Source of the DNA: a virus
Taxonomy: Duplodnaviria; Caudoviricetes
IMG/VR virus record: IMGVR_UViG_3300005614_001084
Span: 108,311 to 172,310 of that record
Strand: one strand, 5' to 3'
DNA length: 64,000 bases
Of the stretch, positions 34,883 to 43,959 are shown piece by piece. Positions within the stretch are counted from its first letter, which is position 1, and every line of letters begins with the position of its first letter. The notes below the pieces were generated by a model. It worked only from the letters and a program-made list of their open reading frames with translations. It was not told where the DNA came from and ran no database searches. The translations under genes were made by a program, and so were the position numbers.

Positions 34883-35545
34883 ATGTCCAGGCGCACACTC
34901 CCGGGTGAACTTCGAGCGAGACTGGGCCTGCTGGTCTCTCAGGCCGAGAAGCAGGTCCGGCTACCCAGTCCGAGCCAGATGGAAGCCGACCGTGCCCCGA
35001 GGATCCGCTACAAGCCGTCGGGACAGAAGACCCAGGCGGAGAGCTTCAAGGACCTCGACCACTGGCTGGAGGAGGCGCAGGCCGGCATGCCGGACGACTC
35101 CTTGGCTCGTGCCGCCAACGTCTCGATGACGGCGGTGCTGGAGTGGAGGAAGGCCAGAGGGGTGAAGCGCAAGCGAGGCTGGCAGGCGAGGCGAGAAGCC
35201 GACGTCTGGGCGATGGACGCCTTCGGTGACGGATTCATCTCCGAGATCCAGCAAGCACAGTCGCAGCTCAAGGGTGCCTGGGATCTTCCGGAGTACGTGC
35301 TTCGTCTACCGCTAAAGTACGACTCGCTGTGCCGAGCCGCGTACCATCTCGCCGCTGATCTCGGTATGACGCCGGACGAGATTGCCGGAGCCATCGGACT
35401 CAGGATCCGCGACGTCGAGATGGCGATCGCGGTGGAGACGGCATACCTCACACGCGTATCGATCTCTTGCTCAAACTGTGGTCGCCCGTGCGATCCCAAC
35501 TACGGAGAGTTCTGTTCCACTCGATGCAAGGCGGAGAAGACATGA
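34883..35545 (+). CDS. Putative transcription regulator: two HTH-like motifs and a C-terminal Zn finger
   Basis: PDDSLARAANVSMTAVLEWRK; MTPDEIAGAIGLRIRDV; CSNC..FCSTRC. Confidence 0.7.
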   Translation: MSRRTLPGELRARLGLLVSQAEKQVRLPSPSQMEADRAPRIRYKPSGQKTQAESFKDLDHWLEEAQAGMPDDSLARAANVSMTAVLEWRKARGVKRKRGWQARREADVWAMDAFGDGFISEIQQAQSQLKGAWDLPEYVLRLPLKYDSLCRAAYHLAADLGMTPDEIAGAIGLRIRDVEMAIAVETAYLTRVSISCSNCGRPCDPNYGEFCSTRCKAEKT

Positions 35546-36213
35546 GACCCCTGACCTGGTGGGAGTGGCTGATCGCAGACAGCGCCAGCATCCGGCGCCT
35601 CGGCCACGACCCGACGCAGCGGCTGCCCCATACCGGACACCAGCGTGCGCTCAGCTCTCGCTGGGCACAAACGATCGGCAAGTGGGGCCGGAGCAGCCCG
35701 GCCTCCATCATCAAGCTGTACCGCGGCGAGTCCGAGACCGCGATCTCGGAACAGAAGGCACGGTGGGCATACGATCTGTTCAAGAACCGGAACCACCTGT
35801 GGTCGCCCGGCGACTGGATCTCGCTGCTCGACGCCGAGCCCATCGACTTCCTGCGCATCGGAGGGGTGATGATTGCGTCACTCGCACATGCTCGCGTGAT
35901 GTTGTGGAAGGTCACCCACCCCACGCTGAGCCTCGGCGCAGCGGCTCGGGAGGCAGTGCTCTACGAACAACCTCAGGACAAGGCGAAGGAGAAACTGAAC
36001 TACCTCGGCATGCTGCCGATCGAAGCTCTTTTGTACTACCACGCGATCGAGCATGTGCTGGAGGAAAGCGGCATCACCAAGATGGTGTGGAGCGACTGCC
36101 AAGGGATCGAAGCCTGGGGCGAGCGCGCCGACCTCTGGAAGCGCCACGAATGCGACGAGCTGGTCTCCTTGCCCGCGCACGCGCTGGCCGCCTATCCTGT
36201 GGACTATGCGTAA
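35542..36213 (+). CDS. Hypothetical protein
   Basis: GGAG SD, coupled. Confidence 0.7.
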   Translation: MRPLTWWEWLIADSASIRRLGHDPTQRLPHTGHQRALSSRWAQTIGKWGRSSPASIIKLYRGESETAISEQKARWAYDLFKNRNHLWSPGDWISLLDAEPIDFLRIGGVMIASLAHARVMLWKVTHPTLSLGAAAREAVLYEQPQDKAKEKLNYLGMLPIEALLYYHAIEHVLEESGITKMVWSDCQGIEAWGERADLWKRHECDELVSLPAHALAAYPVDYA

Positions 36214-36769
36214 AGACACCCTCGATCACGACTACGCCGCGGCGTTCATCGCGCAGCACGCGCCTCGTCATGACGCACTCGACGCGTTCCGCAGCCTCAT
36301 AGCGGCGAAGCCGGAACAGAAGGCAGAGGCGCTGGCCACCTTCAACGGCCTCTTCACGCATACCGCCGACACCACCTCGTCGCAGCCCAAAGATCTGATC
36401 GAGCTGTATGGCATCGATCTCCGTGCGATGTGGCGCGACTACGAGGACCGCCCAGACCATTACACGGCACGCCAGCACGAGATCTTGCTGTTCCTCGTGA
36501 TGCAGCGGCCGATCAACAAAGAGCCCACGGCAGAGGAGAAGAACGGCCTCGTACTGAGCTTCCTCGGCCAGTCCGCCACCGACAAGCACCAGGAGATGGC
36601 GCGTAAGCGATACGACGAGGCGCAGCGCGCGCGACGTGAGGCAGAGGAGAACGACGGCATTGTGCTCGATGACGGGCGCACCGCCAACGATCTCATCAAC
36701 GAGGAGAGGACCAGGTCACACGAACCCACGTTCGAGAAGCAGGACTACGGCGACAAGGTCTTGATCTGA
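36206..36769 (+). CDS. Hypothetical protein
   Basis: ORF in operon. Confidence 0.7.
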   Translation: MRKDTLDHDYAAAFIAQHAPRHDALDAFRSLIAAKPEQKAEALATFNGLFTHTADTTSSQPKDLIELYGIDLRAMWRDYEDRPDHYTARQHEILLFLVMQRPINKEPTAEEKNGLVLSFLGQSATDKHQEMARKRYDEAQRARREAEENDGIVLDDGRTANDLINEERTRSHEPTFEKQDYGDKVLI

Positions 36770-37068
36770 TGAACCTCGATATGCTCCCCACGTCAGAACC
36801 CATTACTGCCGAGACGCTGCGCACGATGTTCGATCGCATGTACAGGGCGGTAGCGTTGCCGCCCCAGTACCTCGTCACGCCCCAGACCTGGAGGCGCTTC
36901 GAAGAGATGCGGGCCAATCCTCGTCTTGATCACTACGATTCCTCTACTCTGCTCGCCTACGCCGAGGTCGGCGCCACACCACGGCTGCGTACCGCTAGCT
37001 ATGCGCTGGGCAAGTCGTACCGCCGGGCCACGCGCCGCGCCCGCAGGAAAGCGCGATCGCAGCGCTAA
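36769..37068 (+). CDS. Hypothetical protein
   Basis: TGATG coupling. Confidence 0.65.
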   Translation: MNLDMLPTSEPITAETLRTMFDRMYRAVALPPQYLVTPQTWRRFEEMRANPRLDHYDSSTLLAYAEVGATPRLRTASYALGKSYRRATRRARRKARSQR

Positions 37069-37101
37069 GATCACCTATAAGCGTGTGAAGGAGGCTCCAA
37101 C

Positions 37102-37449
37102 ATGAACACGCACTTCCACGGTCTCAATCCCTCTATCGTTCTCGACATGAACCGTCTCGGCACCGCCGCGCTCACCGACATGCAGAGGATGTGGCGCGAC
37201 TACCCCGACATCCTCGGGCTCATCGACGATCAGATCGATCTTATGCACAAGAACGTGATGCTGAAGCACAACGCATCGAACACCCTGCATTCCGTGAAGA
37301 TGGGGTACATGAACCACATGGCCGGCGCGGTCACTTACGCCGCGATCAACCGAGCGGTAGCGGATAACGCCGCGGTCATCCGCGCCAACGGGCGGATCAT
37401 CTTCGACGTCATCACCGCCCACATGACTGGGCGTGTGGCGGAGGCCTGA
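37102..37449 (+). CDS. Hypothetical protein
   Basis: AAGGAGG SD, CTATAAG motif at 37075. Confidence 0.75.
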   Translation: MNTHFHGLNPSIVLDMNRLGTAALTDMQRMWRDYPDILGLIDDQIDLMHKNVMLKHNASNTLHSVKMGYMNHMAGAVTYAAINRAVADNAAVIRANGRIIFDVITAHMTGRVAEA

Positions 37450-37450
37450 C

Positions 37451-37654
37451 GTGAGATCGCTGGAGCGGGCGTTGCGGCGATGGGCCGCGACGCCGATCAA
37501 CGACCACGGCACGCCCCACCTCAACATGCCGGCGCACTACACCATCGCCGAGCAGAACATCTTCGTCGACTTCGTGAACCAGGATCGATTCGTCTCGGCG
37601 GAGGAACAGTACGCCAAGCACGCCGAGATCATGGCTGCCCGGGAGAAGAAGTGA
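37451..37654 (+). CDS. Hypothetical protein
   Basis: GGAGG SD, GTG start. Confidence 0.55.
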   Translation: MRSLERALRRWAATPINDHGTPHLNMPAHYTIAEQNIFVDFVNQDRFVSAEEQYAKHAEIMAAREKK

Positions 37655-37983
37655 TGGCACACGGCGCATGCGACCACTGCGGTTGTGCGTTCGAGGAGCA
37701 CGAGTGCGACGGCACTCCCGTCAACACCAGGCTGGAGCGCGCACGACGCGCGCTCGCCAACCCCCAGAAGGAGAAGCCGAAGACCCAGCTCGGCCGGGAC
37801 GACTGGGTTCGTGTGCGGAAGGGGCACCGGCTCGCAGGAGCTGCGGGCCAGGTGAAGCACGTGGACCGAAGCGTGGTACCGGCCTTGGTACGCGTCCGGC
37901 AGCTCAACGGCAACGAGCTGCGACTGCCCCTCGGGCTGTTCGAGTTCGTCAGCTATTCCAACGTGGAGCCCGACGTTCTGTGA
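37654..37983 (+). CDS. Protein with KOW/SH3-like domain
   Basis: DDWVRVRKGHRLAGAAGQVKHVD. Confidence 0.55.
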   Translation: MAHGACDHCGCAFEEHECDGTPVNTRLERARRALANPQKEKPKTQLGRDDWVRVRKGHRLAGAAGQVKHVDRSVVPALVRVRQLNGNELRLPLGLFEFVSYSNVEPDVL

Positions 37984-38291
37984 GTGAGCTGAAGAAGATG
38001 GGCCTGAAGTTCTGGCCGCTCACTCACGACGAAGAGATCGCCGAGGTCAAGAAGGAAGATCTCAAGCTGCTGCCGATTGGCAGTTGGCCGCCCGATCTCT
38101 TCAAGGTGTACATCGAGGCCGACATCAAACTCACCGCACACTACTGGACTCCGTACCTCTGCCGCCGCTGGGGATGCCCGGCGTGCTGGCTGAATCAAGA
38201 GGCGAAGCTCGAACAACTGGAACCACAGCGCTGGCTCGACGATGGCGGGCCGGACATCCCCGATACGATGACCCGAATCTGGAGAGACTGA
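37980..38291 (+). CDS. Hypothetical protein
   Basis: GTGA coupling; RWLDDGG motif. Confidence 0.6.
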   Translation: MSELKKMGLKFWPLTHDEEIAEVKKEDLKLLPIGSWPPDLFKVYIEADIKLTAHYWTPYLCRRWGCPACWLNQEAKLEQLEPQRWLDDGGPDIPDTMTRIWRD

Positions 38292-38293
38292 TC

Positions 38294-38593
38294 ATGGGAA
38301 TGTTCGTCAACCCGCAGCCGAAGTGGCTGGCACCGCTGGCCCGTCTGCTCGGCTATGCGCCGCGCTACACCGAGCCGTATCACCTCCGAGTGACGACGGA
38401 TCGTGGCGCGCTCATGGTCGGCTACCCATCGGGCGCTCACACCGCGATCGAGATGGCCGCGCAGGTCGTCACCCACGACAGCTCCATGCTCGACATCGAC
38501 GAAGAGGCGACCAGCATCCAGGTGCTGGACGCCGACGACAAGATCGTCTTGAGCATGAAGCGCACGCACAACGGACTCTGGGAGTTCGTGTGA
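38294..38593 (+). CDS. Hypothetical protein
   Basis: GGAG SD. Confidence 0.65.
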   Translation: MGMFVNPQPKWLAPLARLLGYAPRYTEPYHLRVTTDRGALMVGYPSGAHTAIEMAAQVVTHDSSMLDIDEEATSIQVLDADDKIVLSMKRTHNGLWEFV

Positions 38594-38907
38594 CCGAGAT
38601 GTTCGATCCCCACCAGGTACAGCGCGAGTACCTGGTGGGGAGCGGCTTCAAGGAGAAGCTCTACTCCGCGCTTCGCGACATGCACGCCATAGGCGGTGAT
38701 GATCATCGCACGTGGCTACGCCACATGATCAAAGTTCTTCTTTCCGTACAGATCGATACGCCGATAGTGATCGCAGGCGCATCTGTTGGCACGATGACAC
38801 TGGGATTCGGCACTGGGCTGACCGGGCTGATTGGACTCGCCGCCACTACCAGAACCGAAGACCTTCAGGCTCTCGTCAACATGATCATCATGAAGTACCA
38901 ACTATGA
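38590..38907 (+). CDS. FDP-motif paralog 1
   Basis: MTEMFDPHQVQREYL..GF. Confidence 0.7.
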   Translation: MTEMFDPHQVQREYLVGSGFKEKLYSALRDMHAIGGDDHRTWLRHMIKVLLSVQIDTPIVIAGASVGTMTLGFGTGLTGLIGLAATTRTEDLQALVNMIIMKYQL

Positions 38908-39161
38908 CGGAGATGTTCGATCCTATCCGCGTGCAAGGTGACTATCTGCGCGAGACAAACTTTCGCGGTCGTCTGAAGATCATAGCTACAGTCCGCAACG
39001 ATCTCAACCAGGTTGGAATCGCGGAGAGGCAGTATCTGCGAAGTCTGATGCCGATCTTCTCGTTCTTGAACTGGCGCCGAGACATGAGCAACGACTGGGT
39101 GCTCGACTTTGCCGACTTCCTGATCCGAGCGTACGACCTGGGAGACCCGATCCGTGCCTGA
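38904..39161 (+). CDS. FDP-motif paralog 2
   Basis: MTEMFDPIRVQGDYL..NF. Confidence 0.7.
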   Translation: MTEMFDPIRVQGDYLRETNFRGRLKIIATVRNDLNQVGIAERQYLRSLMPIFSFLNWRRDMSNDWVLDFADFLIRAYDLGDPIRA

Positions 39162-39558
39162 ATGGTTTGATCCCACCCGCATCCAGCGCGAGCATCTCGA
39201 ACAGATCGGATTCCGGGCCATGCTTGTCGAGTTGTGCCGCGTCGCCAGTCGGGTGCTGGTCCCCGGCTACGAGATCAACAACTACAACGAAGTGGACCGC
39301 ATCGAAGCCTCCAAGCGGCTTCAGAGGATCGGGGAGTTCGCGCCGCCGGTACCAGGCGTCGATCTGGCGATGCGGCTACCTTCGTCCTTGAGAAGCCTCG
39401 CCGCTCGAACTGAGATCGCGGAGTTGGTCCGTCTATCCAACGCGCTGATCTACACGTACGGATTGGGAGAACTGATCCACTACGAGGAGCTGCACGGCGA
39501 ACTACCCGCCGCGGCATGGCCTCCCATGAAGAAGATCAAGTATCCGTACAGTAGGTGA
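39154..39558 (+). CDS. FDP-motif paralog 3
   Basis: MPEWFDPTRIQREHL..GF. Confidence 0.7.
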   Translation: MPEWFDPTRIQREHLEQIGFRAMLVELCRVASRVLVPGYEINNYNEVDRIEASKRLQRIGEFAPPVPGVDLAMRLPSSLRSLAARTEIAELVRLSNALIYTYGLGELIHYEELHGELPAAAWPPMKKIKYPYSR

Positions 39559-39600
39559 CGAGGCGTGGCGTACCCCTCCCGAGGGGACGCCCCGCCCCGC

Positions 39601-41352
39601 CTAGATTGCTCGGCCCGGACCGTAGAACGCCGCCGGTGCCAGCGGAGATTCCGCTGGACTCGACAGGATGTTCGAGGCCGTCTGGATCCCCTTGTACCCG
39701 CCGTAGGTCGCAAGACCTCCGGCTGCCGCGACACCGCCGAGCGCGAGGTTTCGCGGGGTCAGGGGATTCAGCGATCGCCGCTGTGCAGCCGGAGCCGCAG
39801 CAGTGGTGGTCACGGGGGTCGGGACTCCCCCGGGCGCCGGAGACGGAGGTGCGACGTTCGGCGGCGCCTTGGGCGCCAGCGCAGGCCTCGCGCGGCCCGC
39901 TTCTGCCATCGTGGCTCCACGCGGATCGAGGATGGTGGGTCGGCCTCCGGCGTTGCGTGATGCCAGGCTGGCCTCCATCTGACGACCGCGCTGCATCACC
40001 GCCGGAGACACCTCGCGGCCCAGACGCGCGCTCTGGAACGCCGCCTGAGCCCGGTTCGCCATGCCCGGAGCGCCACCGGCCACCAGCGCCTTGGCGCCGG
40101 CCACCGCCTGCTCGCCGTGACGCACGAGCTGACCGCCGATACGACCGAGCTGTTCGAGGAGCGCCGTCTTCTCCTGCTCCGTGCGGTACTCGAAGTCCGG
40201 GTACAAACGGGTCGCGATCTTCTCCAGCTTCATCTTGCGATTGACGACCCGCTCCGCCACTTCGTCGGCTTCGCAACCACCGAGTCCCCGTCGCTCCATC
40301 TCGGCCTGGACGGCCTTGAAGGTATTGGGATCGTGCTTCTGGTCCGCCTGCTTCTCCGCCGGCAGTACCTTGTTGATGCCCTTGGCGATCGAGTGGGTGA
40401 CACCCGGCGCCACCATCGCGAGGCCCGCCAGCTCGCGCGCGTGGCTGTGGCCGAACGCGGAGTCCGGACCGAACTTCTCCAGCGCGCGCCCGGCGAGCTG
40501 AAGCTTCGGGTTCTTCGCCTTCGACAGCATGTGACCGGCCGCGCCCGCGGCGTACGGAGCTGCGAGCACACCAATGCCGACGTCGTCGACACGATCTGCG
40601 ATGCGGGACGTGCGGTCGTTGTCGGCCGCGGTCTTCACTTCTCGTTTGCCCTGATCGCGCTCCTGGCGACTCATCGAGGCCTGCGAGTAGTTGGTCACCG
40701 CCGGCAGCGTGGAGATCCCGGGCGTCCCCTCGCCGAGCAGGTCACCGTTGGCCACCTTCGGCAGAACGAGATCTTCTCCGAGGCTGAGCTTGACGAGGTT
40801 CAGCTCGGTGAGCAGCGAGGCGTGCTTCTTCCGCTTCGCGTCGCGCTCCTTCTTCTCCTTGAGCTTCTCGGGGTGATCCATGAAGTACTGGATCATGTCG
40901 CCATTGGCGATCTTCTGGCCGTGGTTGTCCTTGTGTAGGACCTTCGCCTTGAAGTCTTCCACGCTCATCTCCTTCATGCCGCCGAAGAACCGATGATCAT
41001 CGTACTGCTTGAGGTAGGCGAACTTCGCCTCTGCCGCGTTCTTGAACGCGAGCATCACCTTCTGCTCGTCGAACTGCTTCCAGTCCTTGCCGTCGTCCGG
41101 GGTAGACGGCTTCTTCATCTGATCGACGATGTACACTTTCGTGGCTTCGAGATCCGGGCCGACGTAGACATCGACGTGGTCGCCGTCGGTGCCCTTGGTG
41201 CCGCGGATGTAGCCGTAGTCGAAGTGCATCTTCGTGTGGCCAGTCTCCTTGCCGTGCGGATCGTACCAACGACGGACGGAGCCCTTCGCGTTCTCGATGC
41301 TGATGTCGAGCCCGTACAGCTTCGTGCGTCCCTGGAGCTTGTGAGCGACCAT
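39601..41352 (-). CDS. Probable virion protein with N-terminal inorganic-pyrophosphatase-like (InPase) domain
   Basis: ISIENAKGSVR, DYGYIRGT.GTDGDHVDVYVGP, FDEQKVMLAF; K-x-A motifs downstream. Confidence 0.8.
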   Translation of the reverse strand: MVAHKLQGRTKLYGLDISIENAKGSVRRWYDPHGKETGHTKMHFDYGYIRGTKGTDGDHVDVYVGPDLEATKVYIVDQMKKPSTPDDGKDWKQFDEQKVMLAFKNAAEAKFAYLKQYDDHRFFGGMKEMSVEDFKAKVLHKDNHGQKIANGDMIQYFMDHPEKLKEKKERDAKRKKHASLLTELNLVKLSLGEDLVLPKVANGDLLGEGTPGISTLPAVTNYSQASMSRQERDQGKREVKTAADNDRTSRIADRVDDVGIGVLAAPYAAGAAGHMLSKAKNPKLQLAGRALEKFGPDSAFGHSHARELAGLAMVAPGVTHSIAKGINKVLPAEKQADQKHDPNTFKAVQAEMERRGLGGCEADEVAERVVNRKMKLEKIATRLYPDFEYRTEQEKTALLEQLGRIGGQLVRHGEQAVAGAKALVAGGAPGMANRAQAAFQSARLGREVSPAVMQRGRQMEASLASRNAGGRPTILDPRGATMAEAGRARPALAPKAPPNVAPPSPAPGGVPTPVTTTAAAPAAQRRSLNPLTPRNLALGGVAAAGGLATYGGYKGIQTASNILSSPAESPLAPAAFYGPGRAI

Positions 41353-41432
41353 TCGCCGAGTATAGCCGGGCCGTTGGCGCTGTGGAAACCCCTATAAGAG
41401 ATCGAGGGAAAGGTCCCTCTGGGAGACCGATC

Positions 41433-42047
41433 ATGCAAACCGTGAAGACGAAGACGAAGGCGAGGAAGAAGATGAGCGAAGACAAGACCCCGGGCACGCA
41501 GACGATCAACGGCAGCATCAACCGCATCCTCTCGGACGAGAATCTGACGGATAGCGACCGTCAGCAGCAGCTCGACTCGCTGCTGGGCCGCACCAACATC
41601 CCTCAGCCCGCGCTGTTCGAGACGTTCGAGCGCGTGCTGCCGGGCCGGCCTCGCGTCATCGCGGTGAGCGGGACCGCGCTCAACGTGAACATCGACCTGA
41701 AGCCGGAGGCGGTGTGGCCGGTCGTCGAGGTCTTCGAGATCGGAGACGACGGTCTGATCGAGACCGCGAAGCCGGTCATCCTGCTGGACGCGAACGGTCA
41801 TGAGCGCGAGGTGTTCCGTCACGTCGAGATCCTCGGTCCGTGCAGGATCATCCACATGCCGAAGAACCCGCTCGGCTACAACATGCGCCGTACCGCCGTG
41901 ATGCAGACGGAGGCACCGCTGCGCATTCACGTCGACACCGCCGCGCAGGCGGCGAAGAACGGCACGCACGACCGCGTCGCGATCCGGCAAGGTACGGTCA
42001 GCGGAAAGCCCGAGCGCAGCACCATCCGCCGACCCTACGGCTGCTGA
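41433..42047 (+). CDS. Hypothetical protein
   Basis: GGGAG SD, CTATAAG motif at 41392. Confidence 0.7.
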   Translation: MQTVKTKTKARKKMSEDKTPGTQTINGSINRILSDENLTDSDRQQQLDSLLGRTNIPQPALFETFERVLPGRPRVIAVSGTALNVNIDLKPEAVWPVVEVFEIGDDGLIETAKPVILLDANGHEREVFRHVEILGPCRIIHMPKNPLGYNMRRTAVMQTEAPLRIHVDTAAQAAKNGTHDRVAIRQGTVSGKPERSTIRRPYGC

Positions 42048-42385
42048 TGCCGCGCAGGGCATGGGCGGCGACCGTGAGTCGAGGAGGATCACCTCCACGT
42101 GTCATCGCGGTCGCTCTGGACCAACGCTCGATCCTCTTCTCCGTTCGCAAGCACATCCTCGGGTGTGTCTATGCGCTGCCGAGGAGCGAACGAGAGAAGA
42201 AGAACGAGATCATCAAGCGGTTGCGCCGGAACGACAGCGGCGACGTGATCAACGCAGCACAGCTCCTGTGGCAAGCCGGAGGCCCGGAAGTGCATTGGGG
42301 CGAGGCTGACCTGGAGGAGCCCTCGGACGAGACACTCCAGACGATGGACGAGACGACGGAGGCACTGGCACGCAGCCTGCTGTAG
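42047..42385 (+). CDS. Hypothetical protein
   Basis: TGATG coupling. Confidence 0.6.
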   Translation: MPRRAWAATVSRGGSPPRVIAVALDQRSILFSVRKHILGCVYALPRSEREKKNEIIKRLRRNDSGDVINAAQLLWQAGGPEVHWGEADLEEPSDETLQTMDETTEALARSLL

Positions 42386-42432
42386 TCGGCGCCGGTCTGT
42401 TCTCTCATCTCACCGAACCTGGAGTACTCCCG

Positions 42433-42612
42433 ATGCTCAACGCCGTTCGCGTCTCACCCGAGGCAACCATCCACATCGCCGAGGTCGCCAACAAGGAAGG
42501 CCTCACCATCTCCGAAGCCACCAATCGTCTCATCGAGACGGGATTCGCCAGGCGCACCGCTCTGACGAAGTGGCGTCGCAAGGAGCGACGCGCGCGCCGC
42601 AGCCACGCCTGA
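42433..42612 (+). CDS. Ribbon-helix-helix-like small DNA-binding protein (59 aa)
   Basis: GGAG SD; AVRVSPE..IAEVANKEGLTISEATNRLIETG; not in ORF track. Confidence 0.65.
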   Translation: MLNAVRVSPEATIHIAEVANKEGLTISEATNRLIETGFARRTALTKWRRKERRARRSHA

Positions 42613-42948
42613 GGCAGCGTCGCACACCACAACTTCGAGGCCCCTGGGACCCACCGGTCCTGGGGGCTTCGTCGTTCGGGGTCGAGTTCGTGGGTGCTCC
42701 CCCGTCACTACAAGCAGGCCCAAAACGGGCTGATCGAAGTTCTCCGCCATGCTGGTAAGGCGTGAATCCACGCACCTCAACGGCGATCGCACCGCGATCC
42801 TGCAATGGAAGTCGAGCTTCGGGGTAGTCCCCGATCCATGGCTCGGGGAGACGATTGGACCGCGCCGGGAGGCCCGTCGCCAATCTCTTCTTGCCTCGAT
42901 CGCCAGATCGGGCTGGATTCCGGCTATAAGCGGATGAAGGAGAACCCC

Positions 42949-43215
42949 ATGACCAAGAATAAGATCAAGACTGTGGCCAGTGCCGACTTCGGCCGCATGA
43001 TCGGCATTCCGGACGATGACGGCCATCGTCACGAGAAGAACAAGACCGACGTCGTGTGGATCTCTGCACGGCACATCGTCAGCATCACGCCCACCAGCAA
43101 CGGTGGGTGCACCATCGCTACGATCTCGGTCGACGCGATGCACGGCAACCTCGTCGCCACCTCAGTTGGTGTGGATGAGATCTTCAAGGCCCTTGGACTT
43201 CAGGAGGAATCATGA
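42949..43215 (+). CDS. Hypothetical protein
   Basis: AAGGAG SD, CTATAAG motif at 42924. Confidence 0.7.
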   Translation: MTKNKIKTVASADFGRMIGIPDDDGHRHEKNKTDVVWISARHIVSITPTSNGGCTIATISVDAMHGNLVATSVGVDEIFKALGLQEES

Positions 43216-43427
43216 GCACCACGTTTCTCGTCCGCCGTCGCGTCGGTGACAGCTTCCTCGGCAAACAGAACCTCAAGATCGAAGATGCCCTCGACCTGTT
43301 CCAGTCCTGGGTCAAGGACCCCGGACGTACGGGCGAGACCATCATCCAGTTGGTGGACGAGACCACCAATGCATCAACCCTCACCCTCCGGTACTCGGAG
43401 AGTGAGGGCGAGTGGAAGAAGATCTGA
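43212..43427 (+). CDS. Hypothetical protein
   Basis: AGGAGG SD, coupled. Confidence 0.7.
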   Translation: MSTTFLVRRRVGDSFLGKQNLKIEDALDLFQSWVKDPGRTGETIIQLVDETTNASTLTLRYSESEGEWKKI

Positions 43428-43460
43428 AGAACGGGGCGTGCGGTGTTAGCCGTCTGCGCC

Positions 43461-43946
43461 CTAGTTCTTTGCTTGCTTCTGTTGGTCGACGATGACGCGG
43501 TCGAAGGCGGCGACCTCGTCCGGGTTGTCCAGGTACCAGTCCTTGCCGTACGCCAGCGCCACCAGGCTGCCCGCGATGTAGCAGAGCCACGGACTGAGGG
43601 CCCAGATGGCCAGCGCGGCCCAGGGAGCCCAGTAGGCGCAGGACGCCGCCATCACGGCTCCAGCGATGGCATGGGTCTCGTACTGGATCGTGTGCCGGTG
43701 CTCGTGGTCCATGTACGCGTCGAACTCGGGCTCACCGCAGGGCACCACGAGCATGGTGTGGCCGATCGTGGTCGCGCCGTACTTGTAGAGCTTGAGGAAC
43801 CAGTTCCCGACCGCCATGCGAACGACGAGGCATCCGTCGTTCCACACCAACTCGCCGCCGCCAGTGCGCAAGATGAGGATCCAGAGCACGCCGATGATGT
43901 CGGTGGGGAGTAGAAGCGGGTAGAGCAGGTAGCGTGTCCAGCGCAT
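43461..43946 (-). CDS. Membrane protein with HExxH-type motif
   Basis: ATTIGH...DHEHRHTIQ...DNPDE; TM segments. Confidence 0.65.
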   Translation of the reverse strand: MRWTRYLLYPLLLPTDIIGVLWILILRTGGGELVWNDGCLVVRMAVGNWFLKLYKYGATTIGHTMLVVPCGEPEFDAYMDHEHRHTIQYETHAIAGAVMAASCAYWAPWAALAIWALSPWLCYIAGSLVALAYGKDWYLDNPDEVAAFDRVIVDQQKQAKN

Positions 43947-43959
43947 GATGTACTCCTGA

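Larger units (their letters stand above)
34697..34886. repeat. 25-bp inverted repeats (34697-34721, 34862-34886) around an AT-rich spacer
   Basis: ACATCCTTAC-tta-CTGTCATCTCGT vs reverse complement ACATCCTTAC-atc-CTGTCATCTCGT, 23/25 identical. Confidence 0.9.
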
